A stretch of DNA of 38,131 nucleotides from a virus (lineage: Duplodnaviria; Caudoviricetes), in IMG/VR virus record IMGVR_UViG_3300005405_000058, positions 1-38,131 of that record, one strand, 5' to 3'. Positions 7,556 through 16,623 of this stretch are shown here, one piece after another. The notes beneath the pieces were generated by a model, which was not told the origin of the DNA, ran no database searches, and worked only from the letters and a program-made list of their open reading frames with translations. Both the position numbers and the translations under genes were made by a program. The first letter of the stretch is position 1. Every line of letters begins with the position of its first letter.

Positions 7556-9025
7556 ATGAATCCTTATGTATCAGCTAACGAAAAAGCACAATTGATCAGG
7601 GTTATCCTGATGAGGGACGTGCTTAAAGATGCTATTGAGGTATATGAAGGCTTAGATAGTACAGATAAAGCCTTTCTTACAGAACTACGTCATGGTAAGA
7701 CTAGGGTTGAAAAAGCAGTGAAACTACGCCGCCTATCTCTTGATAATGAGGCAGATGATAAATTAATTGCTTCAGCTGGTAAGCTGCACCCTATGTTTGT
7801 ACCGACGCCTGAAGCTAAGAAAATCAACAAGGAACTATTAGAATTGCAAAGTACTTTGCCTATGGATATTGAAGACCTGCAAGATTGGTATGGGTTTATG
7901 ATCGAGTTTACATGTAAAAATTGTACCAAAGCGGATTATACTGAATGTCCGGCGCGCCGAGTGCTAACTAAATATGAAATTTGCCCGATGGATCCAGGGG
8001 CGATAGATAAGTGCCAGTATACTTATGCTGCTGAAGTCACGGTAGTTGATCCTGCGGTACCAGGAAAACTTATTGAAAAGCCAGAGTTTGCGGAGCTGGG
8101 TAGCGTGTCTTTCCATGAACATTATGCGGTAAAGAAACAAATCGAAGATTTGCAGGAGAAGAACGCCAAATATATTGAGCGCAACCAAGAGTTATATGCT
8201 GAAATTTGTAAGCATGAAAAGTTTCAAGCTGAACTCATGGATATTTTTTATCCTGATGATTGTCTAGATAAAAGTATGAGTGAAAATATTATGACTGCCG
8301 TTCATGAAATGGATGATTGTTGTAAAGAACTGAATACCCAAATAATAGAACAGGTGAAGGAATGCAATATGTTAAGAGATCAATTGGCGGCTCTTAGTGG
8401 ATCAGAGGGCAGCAACAAAGAAAGCACTGTTTATGAAGATGATTCACTCCCAGTATTCCTCGGACTCAACAACGGCAACAAACTTGAAATATTCCTTCCG
8501 GAAACTATGGCAAAAAATCTTATAGCGGAGTCCCAGCGTCCACGACTATCCAGAAGTATTTGCGCCAGGTACGTAGATGGTGAATTTGTCGCTATTGACC
8601 TGCAAGAGGTCGTAGCCATGCGTGTTTCTGGCTTGACAGATGCTGATTATATAAAAACACAACATGGACAAGCTACCTCCATCAATGAGCGCGGTCGCTT
8701 CCGTGTTGAGTGTTATTGTGGTAATGAATATTTCGCTGACATGTACGACGGTTTCCGGGAAGGACGAAAAAAAGCGCGTTGTAATGGGTGTGGTCAAGAA
8801 GTATATCTCGATCCAAAAGCGGATAAGGTTATTGATCCGAAAGATGGAGTGGAAGCGGTATTGTTGACTAATAGGTATTCTGTTAACCAAGAAGTTCAAA
8901 AGAACGCGCCAGTGATCGATACCGATATTCCATCGGATTCGAGTGAGTTAAAAGCGGTACCGGATTTAAGAACCATTAAGAATGTTGGCCGTGACTATAA
9001 AGATCCGTGCCAGCTGTTAGGTTAG
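7556..9025 (+). CDS. Multi-domain phage protein (DUF5651-like N-terminus, coiled coil, C-terminal Zn ribbon)
   Basis: CKNC..CP..C cluster, coiled-coil middle, VECYCG...CNGCG. Confidence 0.65.
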   Translation: MNPYVSANEKAQLIRVILMRDVLKDAIEVYEGLDSTDKAFLTELRHGKTRVEKAVKLRRLSLDNEADDKLIASAGKLHPMFVPTPEAKKINKELLELQSTLPMDIEDLQDWYGFMIEFTCKNCTKADYTECPARRVLTKYEICPMDPGAIDKCQYTYAAEVTVVDPAVPGKLIEKPEFAELGSVSFHEHYAVKKQIEDLQEKNAKYIERNQELYAEICKHEKFQAELMDIFYPDDCLDKSMSENIMTAVHEMDDCCKELNTQIIEQVKECNMLRDQLAALSGSEGSNKESTVYEDDSLPVFLGLNNGNKLEIFLPETMAKNLIAESQRPRLSRSICARYVDGEFVAIDLQEVVAMRVSGLTDADYIKTQHGQATSINERGRFRVECYCGNEYFADMYDGFREGRKKARCNGCGQEVYLDPKADKVIDPKDGVEAVLLTNRYSVNQEVQKNAPVIDTDIPSDSSELKAVPDLRTIKNVGRDYKDPCQLLG

Positions 9026-9039
9026 GAGGGCGGGTATTT

Positions 9040-9810
9040 GTGGGAAGAAATCCAAACTGGACTGCTGCAGAAAAGGAAACGCTTGAAGAAATGTGGGGAA
9101 AATCATCAATACCATATATTGCAAAAACTTTTAACAAATCAATCGACGCAATAAAACTAAAAGCCGGAAGAATGAATCTTGGCCCTCATTTGCAAGGCGG
9201 AAAAGAAATTACATTTATGGAGTTAATGCGGGCTCTAGGTAGAACGGGAAGTTTCGGTTATATTAAAAATTCATGGCCAGAACATGAATTCCCAATGCGA
9301 TATAAAAAAGTTAATCAGTGTAAATTTGCAGTAGTTGATATTGATGATTTTTGGAAGTGGGCTAAAAAGCATAAATGGTTACTTGATTTCTCAAGGTTTG
9401 AGACAAACGCATTAGGTAAAGAACCAGGTTGGGTCCCGATTAAGCGCAGAGCTGATATCATGGCCGCCAAATATAAAACCTCTCCATGGACTAAGACAGA
9501 AGATGATCATTTAATTTCATTGCTTAATGCTTATAAATATGGATACCGCGAAATATCTATAAAGCTTTATAGGACTGAAGGAGCAATAAAACGCCGAATA
9601 GGTGATCTTGGATTAAAACAACGACCGATTAAAGCTGATAACCATACGCCGTGGACTATGGAAGAGATCGAAATTGTATTTAAGCTAGTCGAAGATGGTT
9701 ATAAGCCCCAAGTTATCGCTGAATATGTAAATCGATCAGCGCTGGCGATTAGAGGGCTACTTGAAAGAACTTTTGAGAATGAGGTATATAAAATGGTCGT
9801 CAAGTGCTGA
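9040..9810 (+). CDS. Myb/SANT-like repeat DNA-binding protein
   Basis: Three WTxxE repeats (WTAAEKETL, WTKTEDDHL, WTMEEIEIV), each followed by IA..LxRS/T..AI. SD AGGAGG. Confidence 0.7.
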   Translation: MGRNPNWTAAEKETLEEMWGKSSIPYIAKTFNKSIDAIKLKAGRMNLGPHLQGGKEITFMELMRALGRTGSFGYIKNSWPEHEFPMRYKKVNQCKFAVVDIDDFWKWAKKHKWLLDFSRFETNALGKEPGWVPIKRRADIMAAKYKTSPWTKTEDDHLISLLNAYKYGYREISIKLYRTEGAIKRRIGDLGLKQRPIKADNHTPWTMEEIEIVFKLVEDGYKPQVIAEYVNRSALAIRGLLERTFENEVYKMVVKC

Positions 9811-9861
9811 GGCAATTATAGGAGGGCGGGATAATGCCCTTCATATTTTTAAGAATATAAA

Positions 9862-9937
9862 ATGAAAACCCTTACAAGCTACTGCAAATAGCCTGTAAGG
9901 GTTTAAAAAAAGGAACTTCTTTACTAGAAAACATCTT
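9862..9937 (-). ncRNA. Predicted ~75-nt antisense (counter-transcript) RNA upstream of rep
   Basis: Minus-strand TTGACT (9967-9972)-17-TAAAAT (9944-9949) with TG extension; 16-bp stem 9866-9904. Confidence 0.55.
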
Positions 9938-10154
9938 AAGAAAATTTTACCAAAAACTAGTAAAGAAGTCAACTTAAATTAGACTTTTTAGAAGTCTGTA
10001 TACCTTGTTAAAGGTATTATTTTATCGACATATAGCTTGATATGAAGCTATGAATTATCTAGTACTAGCATATGTAATTATCAAAAAACTATGCGTGATA
10101 ACTAAGATTATTTTATAACTCATACAAAATGTATGTTTGGTTCAATGAGGAGAG

Positions 10155-10901
10155 TTGACCATGCCGTATATCGAGGAAATTGTGATAGCTGGAAAAACCA
10201 TTGAAATATCAAAAAAACATTCTTATCGGTATATGAGTAAGAAAATACCGAGAAGTGAAAATAAAAATCCTACTCCACAAGATGTCAAAAAAATAAACGA
10301 GAGAAATGCTGAGAATCACCTTCGTAGATTAATAAATAATAATTTTCAATACCAAGACATTCACCTAGTACTTACCTATAGACGGGATCAAAGACCAGCA
10401 ACCCCGCAAGCGGCAAAAGAAGATTTAGGGAAATTCTTAAGAAAACTACGAGACTATTTTAAAAAACGTGGAACTAAGCTGAAATATATTGCTGTTACAG
10501 AATGTAAAAATAAGGCCATACATCATCATTTAATCATTACTAGCATGGATACTCGTGATCTAACAGAATTGTGGACATGTGGACAACCTCGTCCAACGTA
10601 TTTAGACCGTAGTGGACAATATGGGAAATTAGCAAGTTATTTGATCAAAGAAACAAGTAAAACCTTCAATTCAGATGATAGTGTTCATGGGAAGAGATAT
10701 TGTGGCAGTAAAAACCTAGAGCAACCACAAATAATTAAACGAGTCGTATCAGCAAAATCATGGAAGAAAGAACCTAAAGCCAAGAAAGGCTATGTAATAG
10801 AAAAAGGTAGTGTCCGTAGCGGAATCCATGAATTAACTGGTTATCCATATCAATTTTACCGAATGATTAAAATACCAGGCAGAAGCGGAGATCCAATATA
10901 G
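10155..10901 (+). CDS. HUH-superfamily rolling-circle replication initiator (Rep-like)
   Basis: Motif I HLVLTY, motif II IHHHLII, motif III ASYLIKE. Confidence 0.8.
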   Translation: MTMPYIEEIVIAGKTIEISKKHSYRYMSKKIPRSENKNPTPQDVKKINERNAENHLRRLINNNFQYQDIHLVLTYRRDQRPATPQAAKEDLGKFLRKLRDYFKKRGTKLKYIAVTECKNKAIHHHLIITSMDTRDLTELWTCGQPRPTYLDRSGQYGKLASYLIKETSKTFNSDDSVHGKRYCGSKNLEQPQIIKRVVSAKSWKKEPKAKKGYVIEKGSVRSGIHELTGYPYQFYRMIKIPGRSGDPI

Positions 10902-11080
10902 ATCAAAGTTTTTCCTGTTAAATACATAGTATCAGATAACTTTGTCAGATAGGATGCTATTATTCCGACAAAAGTACCTTGATTAGATTATCACATAAAA
11001 GGCAGAAATAATCAGTGCTTGGTGATACATGACAGAGTTGCAAAAAGTACCAAAAGAAGTACAGAAAAGGGGGAATTTAA

Positions 11081-11476
11081 GTGAATAAGGTTATATTAGT
11101 CGGTCGTCTAACGCGTGATCCAGAGGTGCGTTATACACAAACTGGTAAAGCAGTAGCGTCCTTCAGTGTGGCAGTTGATACAGGGTTTGGTGAAAATAAG
11201 CGGGCAGATTTTATTCCTATCATAGTATGGGATAAGTTGGCCGAAATTTGCGGTAACAATCTTACAAAAGGTCGTCGTATTTTGGTTGAAGGGCGCTTAC
11301 AAATCAGAAATTATGAAAAAGACGGGCAAAAAAGACGTGCTGCCGAAGTCGTTGCCCAACATATCGAGTTTTTAGAATCTAAGCCAAGTGGACAGACAGC
11401 GCAACCAGCAAAAAGCCCTGCAGATGAAATGGGAACTGAGGTATATCCAGAAAGCGAAGAAGAAATACCTTTTTAA
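11081..11476 (+). CDS. ssb: Single-stranded DNA-binding protein
   Basis: MNKVILVGRLTRDPEVRYT OB fold with acidic EEEIPF tail. Confidence 0.97.
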   Translation: MNKVILVGRLTRDPEVRYTQTGKAVASFSVAVDTGFGENKRADFIPIIVWDKLAEICGNNLTKGRRILVEGRLQIRNYEKDGQKRRAAEVVAQHIEFLESKPSGQTAQPAKSPADEMGTEVYPESEEEIPF

Positions 11477-11542
11477 ATAAGCTCCCACGGCAAAGACGCA
11501 ATAAAAAGAAAGCGGAAAAGATTATGCAGCGGGGGCGGTGTA

Positions 11543-11719
11543 ATGGAAATAAATAAAGCAATTCAGATCATAGAAGATAATTTCCGTTTAAACAGCGATG
11601 ACTATATAAAACTACTGGGTATGCTCCAGGAGCTACAACAGTACCGAGAGAATGCAAGGAGGGGCATGGATAATGCGACAGATCCGCGCAAGCAGTTCGT
11701 GGAAATGGCTACGACGTAA
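11543..11719 (+). CDS. Hypothetical 58-aa protein (not in the ORF track)
   Basis: MEINKAIQIIEDNFRLNSDD..., purine-rich SD. Confidence 0.55.
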   Translation: MEINKAIQIIEDNFRLNSDDYIKLLGMLQELQQYRENARRGMDNATDPRKQFVEMATT

Positions 11720-11788
11720 ATACCGTATCCTGGCGTATGTAGTTTATAGCGATGGTAGGCGTGAGGTAATAATGGGGAGGGCGGGATA

Positions 11789-12175
11789 ATGAGTAATATA
11801 GTTGAGCGAATCGAGAATAAAGAGTTTGCTGTTGTTGTCTTAGATATCACTGATTTTAAGCAAGAGGGAAAAGTCACACCACATACCGTTTATACGCATG
11901 AAATCATGCGCTTAGCAAAATTAGGACAGCAAGCTGAATACTGGAAAGCAAAATCAGAAGGTGAGCATCTGGCAAGAATGGCTTTGTTAGATGAGTTGGA
12001 TAGTTGCCAATGGATCAGAGTTGATGATCGACTGCCGGAAAATAGTACAGTGATATTAACTTATGATCGAGAAGGAATTGGATTGCAAGTATTTTGTAAT
12101 GAATTTAGCGAAGATGTTGATAATATGGTTACACATTGGCAACCGTTACCTAAACCACCAAAGGAGGAAAAATGA
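11789..12175 (+). CDS. DUF551-like phage protein
   Basis: WIRVDDRLPE...VTHWQPLPKPP. Confidence 0.8.
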   Translation: MSNIVERIENKEFAVVVLDITDFKQEGKVTPHTVYTHEIMRLAKLGQQAEYWKAKSEGEHLARMALLDELDSCQWIRVDDRLPENSTVILTYDREGIGLQVFCNEFSEDVDNMVTHWQPLPKPPKEEK

Positions 12176-12176
12176 T

Positions 12177-12557
12177 ATGAGTTGTAAATGTGCTACGTAT
12201 GATGCTGATGATGGACGTTATAGTTGTTCTGTATCTGGTAGCGGTTGTATGTATATGATGCCCGATTCTAAAAGGTGTGCAGAAGAGTATGGAGAGGGAC
12301 CGGACGTTGAATCTGAGATGAAAATCGAAACCGTAGCTATTAGGGAATGGAAAGGTTGCTGGCAGGGGGAAGAAAAACTTTTACGGCAAACGGTTCCTGC
12401 TGGTGGTTATGTTATTACTTTTCACAAGGGTACAAATCCACCATACAAAGTCGAGCATTATAACACCATCGAGGAAATTAAAGAAAAATATCCGCAATAC
12501 ATTTGGATGATGCCAGATCAAAGAGATCCGTCAGACATTGTATTAGTTGACATATAA
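12177..12557 (+). CDS. Hypothetical protein with Cys-rich N-terminus
   Basis: Start MSCKC after SD AGGAGG. Confidence 0.65.
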   Translation: MSCKCATYDADDGRYSCSVSGSGCMYMMPDSKRCAEEYGEGPDVESEMKIETVAIREWKGCWQGEEKLLRQTVPAGGYVITFHKGTNPPYKVEHYNTIEEIKEKYPQYIWMMPDQRDPSDIVLVDI

Positions 12558-12579
12558 ACCACGGGAGGGGCGATATAAA

Positions 12580-13050
12580 GTGATTAGAATAAGAAAAGTA
12601 AAAGTTACTTCTGATAACAAAATATCTATAACCCATGAAAAACAAGTAAGAACAGGTTCATGGGATGAATATTCATTTACTTGTTCAGACCAGGCACGAC
12701 CTGAATTTTATCAAGCAATGGGAAGTTTAGCACCATACGTTATTCAAATGTGTGAGCTGCCAGACGAATACCTTGAAAGAATCGAGGTACGTAGCGTATC
12801 AGTATCCTATGGCGGCGAAAATGAAGTAATGGGTGCAACAATCACATCGCAAATGAAACTAAGTAAATCAAACTGCAATTTAAATCTAAATACTCCTCAT
12901 AAAGCATCTGATTCTTACTCTGATGCTCCAGCTGATGAAAAGCAACTTTTACCAGAAAAGTGTACTGAAGCTTTATATAAACTATATGACGAATGTGAGC
13001 TATATATTAATGGCGATAGAGCACAGGGCAAGTTATTTGATGTAGCATAA
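12580..13050 (+). CDS. Conserved-looking phage hypothetical protein
   Basis: ORF ending YINGDRAQGKLF (clamp-binding-like QxxLF); SD GGGAGG. Confidence 0.65.
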   Translation: MIRIRKVKVTSDNKISITHEKQVRTGSWDEYSFTCSDQARPEFYQAMGSLAPYVIQMCELPDEYLERIEVRSVSVSYGGENEVMGATITSQMKLSKSNCNLNLNTPHKASDSYSDAPADEKQLLPEKCTEALYKLYDECELYINGDRAQGKLFDVA

Positions 13051-13078
13051 TTTATAAGAAATAAAGGGGGCGGGGCTA

Positions 13079-13315
13079 TTGTTAAGTACTCCATATTCAA
13101 GCAAGGGAACGGCAAGAAGCGGAGCCAAAGAGTTGGCTGAGAAAAACGGATGGACTAAGTTCATGTTACTGGTAGACCTAAAAGAACGGCAGTATCATTT
13201 CTCTGATGAAAGCAAGAATCCGGAGCCTAAAATGATCGTATTTGCAAAATATGAATTTAAAAAAGGAAAGTGGCAAGAAAAACCTTTAGCCAAGACAACT
13301 AAGAAGGGAGCGTAA
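13079..13315 (+). CDS. Hypothetical protein
   Basis: 78-aa basic ORF. Confidence 0.5.
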   Translation: MLSTPYSSKGTARSGAKELAEKNGWTKFMLLVDLKERQYHFSDESKNPEPKMIVFAKYEFKKGKWQEKPLAKTTKKGA

Positions 13316-13357
13316 AGCCCGTAGTTATACAAAAATATTGAGAAGGTGGAATAAAAA

Positions 13358-14116
13358 ATGAAAACAATTTCAATTATCAACCTGAAAGGCGGCGTGGCTA
13401 AAACAATCACGTCTATCAATATGGCCCATATCCTCAGTAGCCTTTATAAAAAGAAAGTCCTGTTAATAGATAATGACAAACAAGGGAATACATCAAAATT
13501 TTTCAGGGTGCATAGTTACGATCAGCCAAGCATTGCGGATGTACTTGTAGAGCGAAATTACGATATCAACAATGTAATCAAGAAAACGGAATATGAGAAT
13601 CTAGACATAATCAGCGCAAACATGAACCTTCTAAGTGCAAATTTAAAAGTAATCATGGATATGTCGCGCCAGCAGCAGATCATACTTAGAAAAGCATTGG
13701 AGCAGGTGCAAGATAAATATGATTACTGCATAATCGACAATGCACCGGATATTAACATTAGCGTAATTAATGCTCTTGTCGTATCCAACGAAGTAATAGT
13801 TCCGATAAAAGTAGATAAATTCTCTTTTGACGGTCTAGACCAGCTTATAGATCAATTTGAGGATGTAAAAGAATTAAATCCATCAATGAACTTTCGAGGG
13901 TGTCTAATTACTAGCTTCATTAAAAATGACGTAAATATACAAGGTGAGGAATACTTAAACAGCCAGTTAAAATATCCGATGTTCACTACTCACATTCGCC
14001 GGACGGAAAAAATAGATGAAAGTACATTCGCGAGGCAGCCTATCACGGAATACTCACATCGATGCGGAGCGGCCAAAGATTATTTAACGTTTATGAAAGA
14101 GTATTTAGAGGAATAA
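13358..14116 (+). CDS. parA: ParA/Soj-family partition ATPase
   Basis: Deviant Walker A NLKGGVAKT, LLIDNDKQGN, YDYCIIDNAP. Confidence 0.95.
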   Translation: MKTISIINLKGGVAKTITSINMAHILSSLYKKKVLLIDNDKQGNTSKFFRVHSYDQPSIADVLVERNYDINNVIKKTEYENLDIISANMNLLSANLKVIMDMSRQQQIILRKALEQVQDKYDYCIIDNAPDINISVINALVVSNEVIVPIKVDKFSFDGLDQLIDQFEDVKELNPSMNFRGCLITSFIKNDVNIQGEEYLNSQLKYPMFTTHIRRTEKIDESTFARQPITEYSHRCGAAKDYLTFMKEYLEE

Positions 14117-14117
14117 A

Positions 14118-14142
14118 AAATGTGTCCAACTCGGACACATTT
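14118..14142. promoter_or_regulatory. parS-like palindrome, copy 1
   Basis: AAATGTGTCC-AACTC-GGACACATTT between parA and parB. Confidence 0.7.
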
Positions 14143-14157
14143 ACAGGAGGGGTATAA

Positions 14158-15102
14158 ATGGCACCGGGAAAAGGGAAGTTTAGTATTACCGATTTACTAA
14201 ATTCAAAATCAAATACTACTCAGGATATAGACGTTGACATTAGCGAAACTACAGGGGCGGGTAATGATTTCAAGGTTGATTTAATCAGTGTCAATAATCT
14301 AGAACCGTCGGAAGATAATTTTTACTCAGTGGAAGATGTTGCTGACTTAAAGGACTCTATAGAGCTGCTGGGTGTACAGCAAAATTTAACCGTCAAACCA
14401 ATCATTGGCACTGATAAATATAAAGTCATCGCAGGTCATCGGCGCAGATTAGCAAGTTTACAACTGGTGGGAGAAGGCAAGGAGCAGTTTGAATTAGTGC
14501 CTTGCCGAGTCGAAACAAGCCTAGACGAAATAAAAGAGAAAATAATGCTAATTTATACAAACTCTACCACCAGGCAATTAAGCGATTGGGAGAAGGTTGA
14601 ACAGTTAGCACAGCTTAAAGAATTATTGAAAGAGTATAAAAAGAATCACGATCTCCCTGGGCGGGTACGCGAATTATTAGCAGAGGCATTAAATGTATCA
14701 GTTACTCAGGTCGGGCGGATCGAGAGCATAAACAATAACTTGGTGCCAGAATTTAAAGATGAATTGAAGGAAAGCAATATAAGTTTCTCTACGGCTGCTG
14801 AATTATCACGCTTGCCAGTGGAGGACCAAAAAGTAGTATATGAGCAGCATAAAGAAAGCGGTACCACAACTATAAGCAATGTAAAAGCAAAATCGGCAGC
14901 AGAAAGACAGGAAATCATACCAGCAGAGAAGATCACTGTAATTAAAATAACGTATCGAGAACGAAAAATGATAGACGGTGCCAGTAATTATATTCGTGGT
15001 GTTTTAGTACATGCAATAAAGAAAACACCAACCATGAAACAGGAATTTGAGGAATCTATTAAAAAATTATCATTGATTGAGCAATACTTGGAGGTTGAAT
15101 AA
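14158..15102 (+). CDS. parB: ParB/Spo0J-family partition protein
   Basis: GVQQNLTV...IAGHRRRLA CTP-binding motif followed by an HTH. Confidence 0.92.
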   Translation: MAPGKGKFSITDLLNSKSNTTQDIDVDISETTGAGNDFKVDLISVNNLEPSEDNFYSVEDVADLKDSIELLGVQQNLTVKPIIGTDKYKVIAGHRRRLASLQLVGEGKEQFELVPCRVETSLDEIKEKIMLIYTNSTTRQLSDWEKVEQLAQLKELLKEYKKNHDLPGRVRELLAEALNVSVTQVGRIESINNNLVPEFKDELKESNISFSTAAELSRLPVEDQKVVYEQHKESGTTTISNVKAKSAAERQEIIPAEKITVIKITYRERKMIDGASNYIRGVLVHAIKKTPTMKQEFEESIKKLSLIEQYLEVE

Positions 15103-15314
15103 TGGAAAACGTAATTGACTTATTAAAAACAGTACTAATAATCTGGGTTACAGCTGGTGTTGTTGGTATAATTGCAATGATCTATGTAATAAAAAATAAT
15201 AATAGGTTTTTAAAGCGAAAAAAGTGTGTCCAACTCGGACACATTCAGAATTATGATAAAAAACGATATAAAACATATAAATTTACTGATGAAGGAGGAA
15301 ATATAAGCCAATAA
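15102..15314 (+). CDS. Small membrane-anchored protein
   Basis: N-terminal hydrophobic helix and basic tail. Confidence 0.5.
   Translation: MENVIDLLKTVLIIWVTAGVVGIIAMIYVIKNNNRFLKRKKCVQLGHIQNYDKKRYKTYKFTDEGGNISQ
15225..15245. promoter_or_regulatory. parS-like palindrome, copy 2
   Basis: TGTGTCCAACTCGGACACATT, identical to 14121-14141. Confidence 0.7.
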
Positions 15315-15334
15315 TAAAAGTGGAGGTGCGATCC

Positions 15335-15466
15335 ATGCAAGATAATAATAGGTGCATCCAAGGGGAACAATGTAATTGCCGTCATAATAAGAATGGAAAG
15401 TGTAATATAAAGCCGAAACCAGCTAAAATCTGTTTAGGCATTATATGTATGAATATGGTTAATTGA
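15335..15466 (+). CDS. 43-aa Cys-rich protein (not in the ORF track)
   Basis: MQDNNRCIQGEQCNCRHNKNGKC..., SD GGAGGTG. Confidence 0.55.
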   Translation: MQDNNRCIQGEQCNCRHNKNGKCNIKPKPAKICLGIICMNMVN

Positions 15467-15518
15467 TTATAAAGGGAGGCTAGACCTCCCTATCGGTATT
15501 TAATAATTAGTGGGGTGA

Positions 15519-16064
15519 TTGAGAATGAATTTGGCGACTATCTCTGATACAGAACTAATAGACCGAATTGCTAAAGCCACTCTAGAATATAACGATAAAT
15601 TAAAAGTTAAAGCAGTAAAATCTAGACATGATCGTAGGCTCAGGAATACAAAATTATTACTAAAACATTATAATCATTTAAAAGATCATATCGATAAAGC
15701 GATATATTGCGGAGCTGCTATTGACGTTTTAGATGAGATTGATGATATCGATGAATTTATTTATATTAATTCAATAAAGAATTCCATCAAGAGAACGAAT
15801 ATAATAATGTCTCATATTAGAGCTATGTTAGAAATTTATCAAATATATTGTGAAAAAAATGGAGATATTGAAGAACGAAGAAACCGGGTATTAAGAGAGT
15901 ATTACTTTAACAATAAGAAGCTGGGAGACATTGCAATAGCAGAAAATGTTGATGAAAGGACATGTTTAAGAGATTTGAGGGCTGCTGAAGATAGATTAAG
16001 TGCTTTGATTTTTGGGATTGACAGTATTCGTGAAATGTCGGAATCGTGTCTGGACAGTGTCTAA
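15519..16064 (+). CDS. Late transcriptional activator (RinA/ArpU-like, sigma region-4-like C-terminus)
   Basis: RNTKLLLKHY motif, C-terminal HTH IAIAENVDERT, located just before the packaging genes. Confidence 0.75.
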   Translation: MRMNLATISDTELIDRIAKATLEYNDKLKVKAVKSRHDRRLRNTKLLLKHYNHLKDHIDKAIYCGAAIDVLDEIDDIDEFIYINSIKNSIKRTNIIMSHIRAMLEIYQIYCEKNGDIEERRNRVLREYYFNNKKLGDIAIAENVDERTCLRDLRAAEDRLSALIFGIDSIREMSESCLDSV

Positions 16065-16080
16065 ACGAATGTGTTAATAT
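16036..16080 (+). promoter_or_regulatory. Putative late promoter with activator-binding repeats
   Basis: TGTC at 16036, 16047 and 16058 (11-bp period), then TGtTAATAT at 16072-16080. Confidence 0.5.
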
Positions 16081-16120
16081 GTAACCAGTGAAGATTGTAA
16101 ATAAATACTAACAAACGTGA

Positions 16121-16148
16121 GCCGCTTACAAATTTGTAGGCGGTTTTT
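16121..16148 (+). terminator. Intrinsic terminator
   Basis: GCCGCTTACA-AATT-TGTAGGCGGT followed by a T-run. Confidence 0.7.
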
Positions 16149-16178
16149 GTCATATCTAAAAAGAGGTGGCATTATAAA

Positions 16179-16493
16179 ATGACGATGGTAATGCAAAAAA
16201 CCAAGAGAATAAGATTAACAGGAAAGCAATTAGAAAAATTAAATAACGATATCCACTATAGAGACGGTCATACCTGCATAGGGTGTGGCCGTTATGTTTT
16301 GCCAGGAGTTAAATTCCATCACGAAAAAATAGATGGCATAAAAGAAGACAAGATTGAATGTGGCGTAACTTTGTGTATGGATTGTCATTATGAACGGCAC
16401 CACGGGCGGGACAACAGTCAGGATATTAAACAACAATGCATAGACTATTTACGAGGATTATATCCAGAGCATTGGGGGAGTGAGATATGTTAA
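16179..16493 (+). CDS. HNH endonuclease (packaging-associated)
   Basis: RDGHTCIGCG...FHH...TLCMDCHYERH. Confidence 0.85.
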   Translation: MTMVMQKTKRIRLTGKQLEKLNNDIHYRDGHTCIGCGRYVLPGVKFHHEKIDGIKEDKIECGVTLCMDCHYERHHGRDNSQDIKQQCIDYLRGLYPEHWGSEIC

Positions 16494-16591
16494 ATACTCT
16501 GCTGAGCAATATTGATACTGGCATGTATGATGCGTATATTATTGCTACCTTTTTTGTGATGACTTTACTATTGATGATTTGGAGGCGGTAA
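16487..16591 (+). CDS. 34-aa hydrophobic peptide (not in the ORF track)
   Basis: MLNTLLSNIDTGMYDAYIIATFFVMTLLLMIWRR, SD GGGGAG. Confidence 0.45.
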   Translation: MLNTLLSNIDTGMYDAYIIATFFVMTLLLMIWRR

Positions 16592-16623
16592 AATGTTTAT
16601 CTGGTTAATTAGGCGGTGGTTGC

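Noticed and set aside
10939-10980. Imperfect hairpin downstream of rep, considered as an origin or SigH-like promoter
   Set aside because: The stem is weak, with no nick motif and no matching -35.
14118-15245. Repeated palindrome considered as a CRISPR repeat or IS ends
   Set aside because: Only two copies 1.1 kb apart, with no spacers or transposase; parS fits better.
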